A DNA stretch of 64,000 nt, from contig NC_045707.1 in the NCBI RefSeq assembly GCF_009834535.1, positions 14,694,001 to 14,758,000 on the forward strand, written 5' to 3'. The notes under the pieces are model-generated. The model was not told where the DNA came from, made no database searches, and was given only the letters and a program-made list of their open reading frames with translations. Below, in pieces: positions 1-14,589 of this stretch. A program made the translations under genes and the position numbers. Position 1 is the first letter of the stretch, and every line of letters begins with the position of its first letter. The DNA comes from Camelus ferus (taxonomy: Eukaryota).

Positions 1-124
1 ATGATATATTTGACTATGTTACATTTTTAAAATATTCTGTTGATTAAAAACAAGCAAAACATTAAAAAGATGAAAAGGGAAAGGAAGAATATTATGATTT
101 TTTTTTTTTTTTTTTTTTGGTGAA

Positions 125-1365
125 AAGGTAAGCCACTGAATTGGGAAAAATACATGCAAGGGAGAAATTAGGTCCTAGGGCTGCAGGGGTCAAGTGGCAG
201 CACTCAACCACCAAAGGCCGGGTGGGAGTGGCTACCATAATGGAGAGCATATTCAAAGCAGAAATCAGACGTCTGACTGACAAAGACCCATTACATAGAT
301 TGATGTCGATCATGGTGTTCCTAGAAGTGAACTAGATAGGAAGCCTACTAAATTCTTACTTGATCTGTATAAGCAGAAAAGGTCTAGGTCAGGTGATCAA
401 AATTCTAACTTGAATCATAAAAGCAGAGAGTCATAGCCCCTCAGTCAGTTCCTAGAGTTGAGCCACTTAACAGACCCAGAGCCCTTTGAATGAAGAAGAG
501 TTTGGGTCTTCTTGAGGAAGGACCTCAGTACACTGCCAAAAATTTGGACTGTTCATCTTTCTCCTAGCCTTCCCCAAAAGGACCTATGGCCTTTTACCAG
601 AGTCACTGTGCATTGGGGAAAAGGAAATAGTCAAACTTTTCAGGGACTACAGGACACTGGCTATGAAATGACACTAAACCCAGGAGACCTAAATTTTCAC
701 TGTGGTCCACTAGTCACAGTAGGGGCTTCTAGAGATCATAAGATGATCAGTTAGGTCTATCTCACCCTGGGCCAGTGAATCCCTGAACCCATGCTATGGT
801 TGTTTTCCCAATTCTGCAATGCATAATTGGAATACACTCAGCAGATGCCAGAATACCCACATGGGTTCCCTGACCTGTGGGTTGAGGGCTATTATGGTGG
901 GAAAGACCAAGTGGAAGCCACTAGAACTGCCTACTGCCTCTACCTAGGAAAATTGTAAACCAAGAGAAATACCGAATTCCTGGAGAGATTATACAGATTA
1001 GTATCATCAAGTTCTTGAAAGGTGCAGGAGTCGTGGTTTCTACCACATCACCATTCAACTCACCTATTTGGCCTGTGCTGAAGACAGATGGATCTTGGAG
1101 AATGAGAGCAGATTATTGTAAGTTTAACCAGGTAGTGACTCCAATTGCCAGATGTGGTTTCATTGCTTGACCAGATCAACACATTCCTTGGTGCTTCGTA
1201 TGTAGCTAGTGAGCTGGCAAGTGTCTTTCTCCATCCTTACCAAAAGCAGTTTGCTTTCAGCTGGCGAAGCCAGCAATACACCTTCCTGGTTCTGTCTCAG
1301 TAGTGTATCAACTGTTTAGTTTTATGTCATCATTCAGTTCACAGGGATCTGGATCACCTTTTGCT
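125..1365 (+). mobile_element. ERV-L internal remnant (gag C-terminus, protease, start of RT), degenerate
   Basis: Broken frames give DHGVPRSELDRKPTKFLLDLYKQK (gag), VHWGKGNSQTFQGLQDTG (protease DTG), WKPLEL, SPFNSPIWPVLKTDGSWRM and a YKFNQVVTP / QFAFSW region, characteristic of HERV-L/MERV-L pol; many stops and frameshifts. Confidence 0.85.
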
Positions 1366-1560
1366 AGGAAAGGCAGTCTCATGTTCTCAATCTTTCAACC
1401 CCCATTCAGCCCCATAAGAATGGACCTTGGGCCTGGAACACTTTCTTACCAAGAAGTAAAGAGCCCATACAGCCTGCGCTGGGCTTATCACCTTGTGTGG
1501 GAATATCTCTCTTTGTTTCATGCTTATTGTGTACTCCTTTGTTCTGCTTAAGCAAATGCA
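1362..1560. mobile_element. Probable ERVL-class LTR fragment (family uncertain)
   Basis: Begins TG(C)TAGGAAAGGCAGTCTCATG where ERV-L pol similarity stops; recalled resemblance to old MER-type LTRs only. Confidence 0.4.
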
Positions 1561-1574
1561 TCAATAGTCCTCAG

Positions 1575-1655
1575 GCAAAAAAAAAAATCATTGAATTATA
1601 CACTTGAAAAGGGTGAATTATGATATGCAAAATATGCCTCAATAAAGTTGTTTTA
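1575..1655 (+). mobile_element. L1 3' end fragment (L1M-type)
   Basis: atcattgaattatacacttgaaaagggtgaattatgatatgcaaaatatgcctcaataaagttg is a typical old L1 3' terminus. Confidence 0.7.
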
Positions 1656-1899
1656 AATGTGAGANNNNNNNNNNNNNNNNNNNNNNNNNNNNNNNNNNNN
1701 NNNNNNNNNNNNNNNNNNNNNNNNNNNNNNNNNNNNNNNNNNNNNNNNNNNNNNNNNNNNNNNNNNNNNNNNNNNNNNNNNNNNNNNNNNNNNNNNNNNN
1801 NNNNNNNNNNNNGTCTGAGTCCAAAGACCAGAAAAAACCATTGTCTCAACTCAAGCAGTCAGGCAGGCAGGAGGAGTTTCCTCTTACTCAGCCCTTTTA

Positions 1900-2490
1900 T
1901 TCTATTCATCAAGTTGTCTAACATAAATCAGTTTAGAACATTTTCATCAACCCAATATGATCTCTCATGTGCATTTAATATTAATCTCCCCTCCCCACCT
2001 CAAGTAATTTGTAGCTTACTTTCCATCTTTACCTTTGCCTTTTCTGGATATTTCATGCAAATGGAACCTTACAATATGTGGTCTCTTATATCTGGCTTCT
2101 TTGAACAAGTTTTTGCATTTTATTCACGTTGTAGCATGCATGCATAATCTGTTCCTTTCTACTGTTAAATAGTATTCCGCTGTATGGAAAGAGCATATTT
2201 TGTCTACCATTCACTTGTTGGATAAACTTCTTGTTTCCAATTGGGCTATTATGAGTAATGCTGCTAAAAACATTCTTGTGCGAGCCCTTGGATACGCTCT
2301 CATTTCTCTTAGATTGACATCTAAAAGTGAAATTGCTGGATCACTTGGTAAATTTATATTTAACATTTTAAGAAACTGCCAAACTGTTTTCCAAAGTGGC
2401 TGTATCATTTTTAATTCTCACCACCAACGTATAAGTGTTCCTGTTTCTCCATATCTCTCCAAAATTTCTTATTACCTATATTTTTAAATA
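1900..2490 (-). mobile_element. Old L1 3' region, antisense
   Basis: gaaattgctggatca, aaactgccaaactgttttccaaagtggctgtatcatttt and similar hallmark antisense L1M motifs. Confidence 0.75.
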
Positions 2491-2601
2491 TGGCCATTCT
2501 ATGAAAAACAATCCAAAAAAGCTTTTCAAAATGTTCAGTGAGGAGGCTAGAGATTTTGAGGGAAAACGACCCTCTCTCAAAAACAGATTGCAGTCCTCCA
2601 G

Positions 2602-2616
2602 CCGGCAGAGGGCGCT
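2602..2616 (+). promoter_or_regulatory. CTCF motif in the CCDC65 promoter
   Basis: CCGGCAGAGGGCGCT matches the CTCF core CC(A/G)SYAGRKGGCRSY. Confidence 0.65.
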
Positions 2617-2670
2617 CCAAGCCAGGGCCTCTCCTCGTAGTTCCAACAGTGGCATCTTTGTGAGATTCCC

Positions 2671-2683
2671 GTTGCTAGGAGAC
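2671..2683. promoter_or_regulatory. RFX X-box in the CCDC65 promoter
   Basis: GTTGCTAGGAGAC (reverse GTCTCCTAGCAAC), 203 nt above the ATG of a motile-cilia gene. Confidence 0.7.
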
Positions 2684-2885
2684 GGAGATGCGCCTTTTGC
2701 TTTGGTAGACCCGCCTCACCGCTATTGCACGCTCCCTCCTGCCTGAGGACTGGGATACAAGGGTCCATCACCCTCCAGGGGTAGTTCCAGAAGGCTCCTT
2801 TCTAGAGACATTTTCCTCCTACCGCCTCTAGCACTGGCCCTGGCAGGCCGAGGATCCTCGCCGAGATCCAGTCCCCTACACAGCC

Positions 2886-5800
2886 ATGTCTAAGAAAGGG
2901 AAAAAGGCCAAGATGCCCCTGTCCGATGAGGAACAGCTGCTGCTGTTTCAGCAGAAGTTGCTGGCAGAGGAGGAGATGGCCAAGAAAAAAGAGAGGCTCC
3001 TGAACCAGTTCTTGAAGGTGATGGATTTTTGCATAACTCCCTGCCCAAACCCTACCCACTCCCTGCACTGGCCCCTTTTGCCTTGACCCTGTCGTTGTGT
3101 TGGCCTCATTTTTATGCTGGCCTCCCCTCCTCTGGAAGTCTTAAGACCCAGATATACTTAGATTTCAGGCAATGTTGTTTGGGGGAAGAGGCATTTCTCT
3201 GTGAAGTATGGAGGGAGGGAGGTGGTCTAGAGCTTGGCAATCACAACTTGGCCCCAGAACTGGGACAGTGGGTGCTGTCAGCTGTCTGAGCTCTCTGAAA
3301 TTCTGACATTCTCCCTGGAGATGGGTCCTTACAAACAATATCCTGCTCTGTTGCCTCCACTCAGAAGGAAATTCACCTTTACCCTTCTTAAAATGCCATT
3401 GGGCTGTTCTGTCTTACTTCAGACCCTCCCAAAATGAGAACAGGAACTCCTGAATGTTAGCCACCAGGAGCTTTGGTCCCTCAGAAAAGACAAAAGGCAG
3501 AGTGTCAGTTGACAAATTAAGTGTGATCTTGTTTGTTGTACCGTATCAGGGCTTTTAACCCTGACCTCCCGGCGGGGGTATATTTATTCCTTCGCACAGG
3601 ACAAGCTGGCCAAGNNNNNNNNNNNNNNNNNNNNNNNNNNNNNNNNNNNNNNNNNNNNNNNNNNNNNNNNNNNNNNNNNNNNNNNNNNNNNNNNNNNNNN
3701 NNNNNNNNNNNNNNNNNNNNNNNNNNNNNNNNNNNNNNNNNNNNNNNNNNNNNNNNNNNNNNTCAAGGCAAGTGCTCTTCCCAAGGGAACACTTGAATTT
3801 GGCTGCTTTGATCTCTTCTCTTAACAAAATGGGCTGAGTGAATTAATTAATCGAGCCCTAACAAGACACAGCCTGTGATTAAGCCAGGCTATTGGTGATT
3901 TCACTGAAATGAAAAATAGATTATTGGGCTGTCATCCCTCTCCCTCCCTTAGAGGAGCCATTCTCCTTGGTCATCTACTGCCTCAAACCAGTACAGAACA
4001 ATATTAGAGTTGTAAGGCACAGTAGACATCACCCAAGGCCCTGAACTTAGTCCTACACCTTCATTTTAATGAGAGAACACTCAGTTCCAGAAAGAGGAAC
4101 CAGCCTGCCCAAGGTCACACAGCAAGTCAGTGAGAGGGCTGTGATGAAAGCACAATTTTGATTCGCACTCCAGCGCTTTATTCAGCCAAATTCTGTTTGG
4201 CCTCTTTAATTCAACTTCCGTGGCCCTGGATGAGGTTGAGAAGATCTCCATTGGTAAGAGTTCTGGCTCTCTGGGCAATTCAATTAGCCATCCTTACACT
4301 CTTGGGAGGTTCTTGAGTTGAGTCCATACCATCTTTTTTTTCTAAGGGGTTTTTCTCTTGAGTTCCAAATCCCTATATTCAGGATCCCTAGATATCTGTT
4401 CCTGGCTGTTGCATTGTCCTCACAACTGAATTCATGAGCTCCCCCTTCCCTAGCCAGCCCCATTCGCCATCCACCACAATCTGGTCTTCCTTATACTCTA
4501 TTCGGGTAGCTGGCGCCATTCACCGAATCACCCAGGCGCCATTCACCGAATCACCCAATCCAGGAATCTGGGAATCATCCTAGCTTCTGCCTCCATCCCT
4601 GACTTCTGTTACTAAGTCTTGTATAAATCTTCTCCTTAAGTATTTTTCAAAGTCACACCCTGCTCTTCCCTACTGTCCTGCTGTAGTTGAGACCTGGGCA
4701 TTATCTCCCACGTGGACTACTGCAATAGTCTCTTATCTTCCAGCCTTTGTGCTCAACTGCCTCTGGATGATTGTCTACACAGCCACCAGGATTGTTTTTC
4801 TAAAACAAAACTCTGATCCTGTTACTCCACTACTTAAATCTCCTTAGTGGCTCCCCTCTTCTACAGCAAAAGATCCAAACCCCATGGAAAGAACATCAGA
4901 GCCCTTCATGATCTTGCCTCTGCCTGTACCTTTCGCATAGCCAGCCTTCTTTCCTTCCTGTACCTTTGCACATGCTCGTCCCTCTATCTGGAATTCTCTT
5001 TTCCCCATCTCCCCACTCTTCCAGGAACACTCTCACTCTTCCTTTAAGAGTGATACAAATGACGTCTCTCCTGTGAAGCCTTCCCTACTGCTCTTAGTCA
5101 GATGTAGGCATTCAGCCCTTTATATCCCATTATCACTGGGAAATCATCCACCTCATAGCATTTTGCATGTGATACTGTAATTTTCTGTTTATATAACTTT
5201 TCCTACTGCAAGACTTCAAGCTTCTTTGGGGGGCAGTGAGAACATCTTTCCATCTCTGAATCCTCAGCACCCAGCATGGTGCTGGTACATAGCACGTTTA
5301 GTAAACATCTGTTGAGTGAGTGAACAGTCTTCCATTATCAGCACCTATTTCATAAATCCTTTTCATAATAAATACACAAGGTAAAAGCTAGTTCTGGGGT
5401 AGTTTATGGTGAGTGGATCATGTGGGCATTCAGTAAATGCTTTTTTTGTTTTGTTTTTTTTTCTGGGGGGTGGATAATTAGGTTTATTTATTTATTTAGC
5501 TATTCTGGTGGAGGTACTGGGGATTGAACCCAGGACTTTGTGCATGCTAAGCATGTACTCTAACCACTGAGCTATACCCTCCCCCTGCTCTCTTGTGAAT
5601 ACTTTTTTGTTTTACTCATTAATTTTAATTTGTTTTACTCTTTTTAATAGGTAATTCATTCACATTATTCAAAATTCAAAAGATTAAAAAAGTTATATAG
5701 AGAAAAGTTCCCTTTCACTGGTGCCTTTCAGCCACCCTATGCGCCTCCCAATAATTTTAGTTTCATGAGTAAACCTTTGTTTTACACAAATGGTAGTATT

Positions 5801-8800
5801 ACATACTGTTCTACCCCTTGCCTTTTTCACTTTATAATATATCCTGGGGATTATTCCACATTAGCCCATAAAGAGCTTCACATTTTTTGTTTTACAACTG
5901 CATAGTATTCTGTATTTTAGTTCAACATGTTAATTTGTCTTCAGTATTTCCTGTGTCTGGTAATTCCATCTAGAAACTCACAGGTGTTGTGTTCTTCCAG
6001 TAGAAGGTACATTTGTGATGTTAGCAGCTGACGATTATCCAATTCACTGGAGATTGCAAAGTGCTGATTTGCTAATAGCATCATTCATTTTTCATTTATT
6101 AGTTTCAATACTTCTGTAAAAAGATACTTCCTATCATTTATAATTCAGTGACCCAGAGGTATAGTTTATATAAGAAATGCTTGACTCTTTCTCTTCCCTT
6201 TATAAACCAGTTAAAAAAAATTGGTTGTCTGCCATCCTCTAATGGTAACTGATTTTTCTAAAGCATCCTGATACGCTCATAATCAAACAGGTTGACATTT
6301 TTTCAGTCCACTGCAGTTCTTAGCCTTATTGATGCTCACACTGTCCCTTTTTTGTGCCCGTTATCTACTGCCACGTAACAAACCATTCCAAAATTAGTGA
6401 TTTGAAACAACATCTTATTTAACTCTCTGTGAACTGTAGGTTGACTTAGCTTACCAGGGAGGTTCTTGCCTGGCATCTCGCATGGTTTTCAGTCAGATGT
6501 CGGTTGGGGCTGCAGTCATCTGAAGGCTTGACTGAGCTGGGTGTCTTACGCTGACTGGCAGTTGAGTCTGGCTGTCAGCTGGGAATTCAGCTGGGCTGTT
6601 AACTGCAGTGCTTTCACATGGCCCCTACAGACACTGGCTTCCCACATTCAAAAGTGGGAGAACCAGTACTCCCAGAGCCAAAGAATTGGCACTAGGAACG
6701 GAGTTGGGGGAAGGGGATGCCCTTCATGCCACCCAGCTAGCCAGCTGAGTACATTTTTATTTCCTCACGCAGATGTCATTCAGCCAAAATGGTAACTCTG
6801 TGCTTTCTATACAGTCTTTAGCGAAGGACCTGTCAGAAGCGGAGGAGCAGTATGCCCACGCCCTGCGCAGCCACCTGCACAACGTCGACCAGCTCCTGGC
6901 TCTGCAGAGATGCCGGCTCAGCCTCCTAGAGGAGAGTTACAACATGGAGCTGGAGGCCCTCACCAAGGAGTTTGAGACAGAAAGGTGTGGGGGCCCAAGA
7001 GGAGATGGGGGATTGAGTATACAGGAGTATCCAGAGCCTGCGTCAAGGTGCTGCCTGAAAGCAGCCACCCACTTTCTTTCTTTTTTTTTTTCTTTTCTTT
7101 TTTACAAACATTTTGGGGGCGGTAGGTAATTAGGTTTATTTATTTATATTTTAATTTTTTTAACAGAGATACTGGGGATTGAACCCAGGACCTCATGCAT
7201 GTTAAGCATGCACTCCATCACTGAGCTATCCCCTCCCCACCCCATTTTCAACTATCAAAATCCTACCCATCTACTACTCAGGGGACTTTTCACTGTAGCT
7301 TTTCTGCTTTTTTTTTTTGTACCATATGAATGTATTACCTATTCAGAAATCAAAATAATCTTATTCATTCTTTCTGGCCCTAAAAAAAAGAATAGAACTC
7401 ACCCTCCCTCTGTTTGTCATCAGACCTAAGAGTTTATACCATTCATATAGTTTTATTACATACTGCTTTGAGTTGTCATTATTGGTTCATATGCTTTATC
7501 CCTCAGAGCAAGGACAGTGTCTTGTCTCCTATAGGAAGACAATTATTGACCAACATGAAAAAGAGATTCACTACCTACAAGATGTTTTCATGGCCATGGA
7601 ACAGAACTATATAGATTCTGAGTATGAAAGCAAGCTGGAGTTCCAGAGCATGTGGGATGATCTCAAAAACAAGGTACCAAGGGAGAGCAGTTAGGCAGGA
7701 ACTGGGAGAGAAGTGAGAGAAACGTGCTCAAGGCTGGTAGAGCTAGAAGAGATCCCTTTAACCAACGTAGTCAATAAAATGCCTGCTGCCAATATACGTA
7801 CCCCTACTGCTTTTTGTAATTTTGTGAAAATTGGCGGGGAGGGAGGACCACTTTGAAATGTCTAGGAAATGCATTTAAGAGCTAAAACGCACCAAGGAGA
7901 TCATATGGCCTCACCCCTGTGGTTTGTAACTAAAGAAAGTAAGGCCCAAAGAAGTGAAATGACCTGCCAAAGTCATGCTACTGGTTTGTGGTAGAGCCAG
8001 GAGAGGCCAGGTCTCCTGCCCGGGGTCCCCAAGAGCTTTCCACTATCCTGGAGGGTGCAGACTTAGCCAACCTGAAGCTCTGGTTTTGGGGAGTGGGGGG
8101 GGTTATTTTGCCCCACAGTGTTTTATAAAAAATTTTAATAAGCTTCCTACATTTAAAAATTGGGAGATTTCACATAAAAATCCAAAAATTCAGCTTCCCT
8201 TGACAAATTTAAAGATCTGGTAACCCTGGGCCATATTTCCAAATGGGGACATTTGTGTGGAGCTGAGCAGCTGTGCCCCCACCCCCCACCACCATTGGAA
8301 CATTTCCTCTCTGGTTTGCCACAGGCCCCATGTAGCCCACAGCGCTTATTTATATCATCTGCCTGGTCTTTGTAGGCATTTTCACTGGCGACCTCTGTAC
8401 CATGCTGTGCTACAAACAGCTCAAGAGGGGGAGGTTGCTGGTAGAAGTAAAAGGGTGCTAATAGGGTAATTCCAAGCACTGGCTCTATTGGGGCCACTTC
8501 CTAGAACTTAGAAGAGAAGCACTTTCTAAGACTGCAACTGGAGAATATAGTTGAAGATCTGTGGAGAAGGTTCCAGGATGCACTCAAGAATTACACTGAT
8601 GCCACAGAAGATCGAAAGATTGCCTTCGAGACTCTAAAAGTGAAGGACGAGAAGAGCTCCAAAGAGATTGAAGCACAGATGAAAAAAATACAGAGACTAC
8701 AGGTTAGTGCAGCCAACCTGAGTCACTGCTGTAACTGCTTCGTTATCCCCTGCTCTTCTTTCCCCAGTTTCCACTGGGCCTTGTCACTGGTTGGGGAAAG

Positions 8801-10065
8801 ATGGTATGCTCTGATTTCAGTCCCCAGCCAGTCTCACCGAAGACCCTCACCTAGTCAAGTGTTTCCTCTAATCTGCTCTGTTCCTTTAGGATTCCATAAT
8901 TATTTTGAAAGGCAAGATCATGGTACACAGCCGGGAGAGTGAAGAACAGAACCAGGACATTCGTAATGACAAGGAGCTGGTCCTTGTACAACTGCGAAAA
9001 CTTAAGGCCCAAAGGACTCAGGCCCGGAGAATATCACAAGAGAACTTAGTCAGACTCACCCTGGAAAGTAACGCCACCCTCAAGGCCCTGAGAATGGCTG
9101 TTGACAAGGTAACAAAGGGGAGAGGGCAGTCAGAACAAAACCAAGGAAACTGGCTCCCTGCGAAGTGAAAGGAGTTTGGGAGAGGTGGAGGGCTTCCTCC
9201 TGCTTCCTACCCGAGTGGACACTTGGAATATCTTTTGTTTTCCATGTTCCCTCCCTCTCACATTTTAAATTAAATGAGTTAATAATGAATGAATTTTAGA
9301 AGAATATATGATACTTGCAGTTGTGCTTGGCACATAGTAAGCACTCTTGGGTTAGATGTGTTTATTACTTTTGACTTCCATTTGGATAGGTAGCTTCCCT
9401 GGATTGAAGCAGGAGAACCAACTCAACTATTTCCCCTCCCCACCCCCTTTCCTAATAAAAGGTCTCTTCTTGCTTCCAATAGGGTGAAAAGATCCTTAAA
9501 CTGGCTGAAATATGTAGGAAATTTGAAACAGAGGAAGAAAAAGTGCTGCCTTTTTATTCATCAGAATTGACTCACGAGGAGCAGGAGGAGATAGAGGAAA
9601 TTAACCCAAAGGAGTTTAATGACGAGCTGGCAAAGGTAAAGTTCCTAGGGCCCCGGGGCCGTCGCCCAGGGCCGGGGATGACAGAGCATTGGGCTGCACT
9701 TGCCAAGGGTCCTACCACACACCTTCTCCCTTTAATTCAACTCCCAGGTGATAATGGACTACACAGGGATGGAGAATTTCTGGAAAAGGTACAACAAAGT
9801 GAAATTAGAGCAACTGAGCCTCCAACACAGACGTGCCCAGTTGTTAGAAATCAATGAGAAGCTGCGGGAGATGCTCAGGCAGTACTTGGATGGCATCTCA
9901 GTGAGTGATGAAGTGCTGAGCCAGCTCAACCCACTCTTCATCATCAATCATCGCAGCAACCTACCCCAGCCCTTGTCCACGCCTGCAGCCCAGCCAGGTG
10001 ACAAAAAACCTCCAACCACTTACAACATCATTGAAGCAGCCCATGTGATCTCCCACATCCTGTGA
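2886..10065 (+). CDS. CCDC65: Coiled-coil domain-containing protein 65 / dynein regulatory complex subunit 2 (DRC2), 498 aa
   Basis: join(2886..3017,3600..3767,6815..6984,7535..7673,8505..8702,8890..9108,9483..9635,9748..10065). The translation [49 protein letters not shown]...[20 protein letters not shown]...[15 protein letters not shown] matches DRC2. All acceptors are AG; donors are GT except intron 2 (GC). Exon 2 interior is N-masked but its 168-nt length keeps frame. Confidence 0.97.
4330..5330 (+). mobile_element. L2 remnant
   Basis: L2-type text ending in cagcacccagcatggtgctggtacatagcacgtttagtaaacatctgttgagtgagtgaa. Confidence 0.7.
5441..5585 (-). mobile_element. tRNA-derived camelid-type SINE (Vic-1-like)
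   Basis: Reverse complement GGGGGAGGGTATAGCTCAGTGGTTAGAG...GTCCTGGGTTCAATCCCCAGTACCTCC...AAATAAATAAATAAACCTAATT...poly(A): A and B boxes, tRNA-Ala-like head, A-rich tail. Confidence 0.85.
5600..6330 (-). mobile_element. Old L1 (L1ME/MD-like) 3' region, antisense
   Basis: AT-rich with L1ME-type motifs (ttcacattattcaaaattcaaaag, tttttcactttataatatatcctgg). Confidence 0.6.
6355..6740 (-). mobile_element. MaLR MLT1-type solo LTR, antisense
   Basis: gttatctactgccacgtaacaaaccattccaaaattagtgatttgaaacaaca...ggggctgcagtcatctgaaggcttgactg is the reverse complement of an MLT1 LTR 3' end. Confidence 0.75.
7072..7238 (-). mobile_element. Second camelid-type SINE (Vic-1-like)
   Basis: gatactggggattgaacccaggacctcatgcatgttaagcatgcactccatcactgagctatcccctcccc with the same aattaggtttatttattt tail and poly(T) as the copy at 5441. 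Confidence 0.85.
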
Positions 10066-10124
10066 TACAAGAAAATTTCTTTTCAACTCCCAGAGAGTGT
10101 TTTGAGAGACCTGAGAATTTTGCT

Positions 10125-10130
10125 ATTAAA
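10125..10130 (+). terminator. CCDC65 polyadenylation signal (ATTAAA)
   Basis: First hexamer, 60 nt after the stop codon. Confidence 0.55.
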
Positions 10131-10529
10131 AGACTCCATGGAGTTTATGAGCTTCTTCTATCTTTGCTGTACTGGATAGAATAGTCTTCTTGGAAGATGC
10201 TAGGAATACAGCGGCGTTAGGGAGTAGAGAGAATAGCTAGGCAACTACCAGGAGACTTACTTCTCATTGATGGATTTATTGCTCCTCAGAGTCAGGACAC
10301 CATGGGAGCCAAAACCCATACCTTCAGGACCTAGAGATCCTATGGTCCTAGGGGTGAGTTAGGACCGGAAGAGGCCAGGAGAAGTGATCCAAAGCCTCTA
10401 ACCACACCCATGCCAGGCAAGACCCAACTCAGAATGCCTTTTTCCCCAGCCCTTTACCTCATTCCCACTTACACAGATCGAAAAGTATCCGGTGAAGAAT
10501 GCAGAGAAGGTTTTTAAAAATTATTATTA

Positions 10530-10533
10530 TTTA

Positions 10534-10535
<2 letters not shown>
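10530..10535 (-). terminator. FKBP11 polyadenylation signal (AATAAA) overlapping the stop codon
   Basis: Minus strand reads AAG AAA TAA TAAATAATAATAATTTTT; the AATAAA uses the last two bases of the TAA. Confidence 0.7.
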
Positions 10536-13870
<3,335 letters not shown>

Positions 13871-13899
13871 TCGGTCCCATAGCAAGGGGCTGGGTCACA

Positions 13900-14092
13900 T
13901 TAGTAGCACCCACTTATGATTACCTATTGTGTTTCAGACACTTGTCTGTAATCCTCAAAACCACCTTAAAATGTAGGCAAAATTGTTTCCAATTTACAGA
14001 TGAGGAACTAGGTTTTCAGGTTAAGTAGCTGCGAAAGGTCATCTCTGGTGACAGAGACAGGATTCAAACCCAGGACTATCCGAGTCCAGAGT
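13900..14092 (-). mobile_element. MIR
   Basis: tttacagatgaggaact...ggattcaaacccagg core. Confidence 0.7.
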
Positions 14093-14589
14093 AAACGTTT
14101 GCTCTGTTTCCTCTTAAAGATGTGTCTCCTCACACCTATCCTGGCAGTGTCTGGCAGGCGCACCCGACCCCAGCCGTTGTCGAAGGTGGCATCCCTCTCC
14201 CACATCCAGCCCTTCGGCTCGAACTTCCGGAGGTCATATACCCAAAAGGAGGCAGGGAGCTGTCCCATCGCCCTGTCCTTCAGAAGGGTGATTGAAAAGA
14301 GCAAGGAGCTATTTTACTATAAGGATGGGTGAATCTCTGATCTCTTCCTCTGACATTACCATTTGCTTTTTCCTTTCATCAACAAACTTGTCAAAAGGAC
14401 AGCTACATACAACCCTTTTACATTTGTGCAAGGATTTCAGCTTTTAAAAGGGTTTTAAAATTATTTCAGGTGACCCTGCCAGTCCCGTTGTGCATGATTT
14501 AAGCCCTCAGCATTTGGCCCGTCCACTCAGGCCTTAGGTATCTGGATTCTGCTCCCTCAGAAGTCATCAGTGAGCTCACACTCACCATA

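Noticed and set aside
5500-5585. tRNA-Ala gene
   Set aside because: The tRNA-like head continues into the SINE body and A-tail and lacks a complete acceptor stem; it is a SINE, as is the copy at 7165-7238.
6355-6814. LTR-driven internal CCDC65 isoform from the in-frame ATG at 6773
   Set aside because: The MLT1 LTR is antisense to CCDC65 and the ATG lies in the branch-point/pyrimidine region of the acceptor with a poor Kozak context.
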